DNA of 64,000 nucleotides. Origin: Hemiscyllium ocellatum. Lineage: Eukaryota. The stretch covers positions 39,484,909-39,548,908 of the forward strand of contig NC_083430.1 in assembly GCF_020745735.1 (NCBI RefSeq), written 5' to 3'. Position 1 is the stretch's first letter; each line of letters starts with the position of its first letter. The translations under genes were made by a program, and so were the position numbers. Positions 63,362-64,000 of the stretch are shown here, piece by piece. Under the pieces are notes generated by a model that saw nothing but the letters and a program-made list of their open reading frames with translations, searched no databases and had not been told where the DNA came from.

Positions 63362-64000
63362 TTGTTTGAAGCTCTAAAAGAAAGTAGGAGTGTACTTCAG
63401 AGGGAAATCAGGAGGGCAAAACGGGGACATGAGGTAGCTTTGGCAAATAGAGTTAAGGAGAATCCAAAGGGTTTTTACAAATATATTAAGGACAAAAGGG
63501 TAACTAGGGAGAGAATAATGCCCCCCAAAGATCAGCAAGGCGGCCTTTGTGTGGAGCCACAGAAAATGGGGGAGATACGAAATGAATATTTTGCATCAAT
63601 ATTTAAACTGTTGTAGATTACTGAGGATCAATTATTGGAGACAAGTCACTGGAGTTGGTCACTCAAGTAGATCACAGGATATGGAAGGATATGGAAGATA
63701 TAGACTGTAGGGAAATAGAAGGGGACATCTTGCAAAATGTTTAGATTACAGAGAAGGAAGTGCTGGATGTCTTGAAATGGTTAAAGGTGGATAAATCCCC
63801 AGGACCAGATCAGGTGTACCCGAGAACTCTGTGGGAAGCTAGAGAAGTGATTGCTGGGCCTCTTGCTGAGATATTTGTATCATCGATAGTCACAGGTAAG
63901 GTGCCAGAAGACTGGAGGTTGGCAAACGTGGTGCCACTGTTTAAGAAGGGCAGTAAAGACAAGCCAGGGAACTATAAACCAGTGAGCCTGACCTCAGTGG
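63362..64000 (+). mobile_element. CR1 ORF2 fragment running off the window end
   Basis: REIRRAKRGHEVALANRVKENPKGFYKYIK, DKSPGPD and KPGNYKPVSLTS; very similar to 10580-11125. Confidence 0.92.

Overview
Vertebrate genomic DNA, almost certainly from a shark (elasmobranch), judged by HE1-type V-SINEs, HER1/CR1 LINEs and shark-type Penelope elements; the species cannot be fixed from sequence alone. Two convergent protein-coding genes are present. NUDC (+ strand) has 9 exons from 1924 to 22690, all with GT-AG introns, encodes 341 aa, and has a CpG/CCAAT/ETS promoter. KDF1 (- strand) has coding exons 31567-30481, 30196-30122 and 29532-29456, encodes 412 aa, and probably has a non-coding first exon and CpG promoter near 50.05-50.25 kb. 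This tail-to-tail NUDC-KDF1 order matches the human arrangement. Most remaining sequence is transposon-derived: CR1 LINEs (one near full length with a nested insertion), a Rex/Babar LINE, Tx1 tails, SINEs, a Harbinger-type Myb/SANT relic and many Penelope-like (PLE) fold-back elements. The most notable hidden features are: (1) minimal hammerhead-ribozyme motifs in at least three PLE families, including a TSD-flanked 225-bp hairpin with an intact core on both strands; (2) an exact 74-bp templated insertion copied from 2.2 kb away into a LINE; (3) a tail-to-tail pair of young SINEs between the two genes; (4) a perfect 20-mer array that makes five STAT GAS sites in a NUDC intron; (5) a tRNA-headed, internally deleted LINE that looks like a LINE-to-SINE intermediate. 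I found no convincing wholly new protein-coding system.
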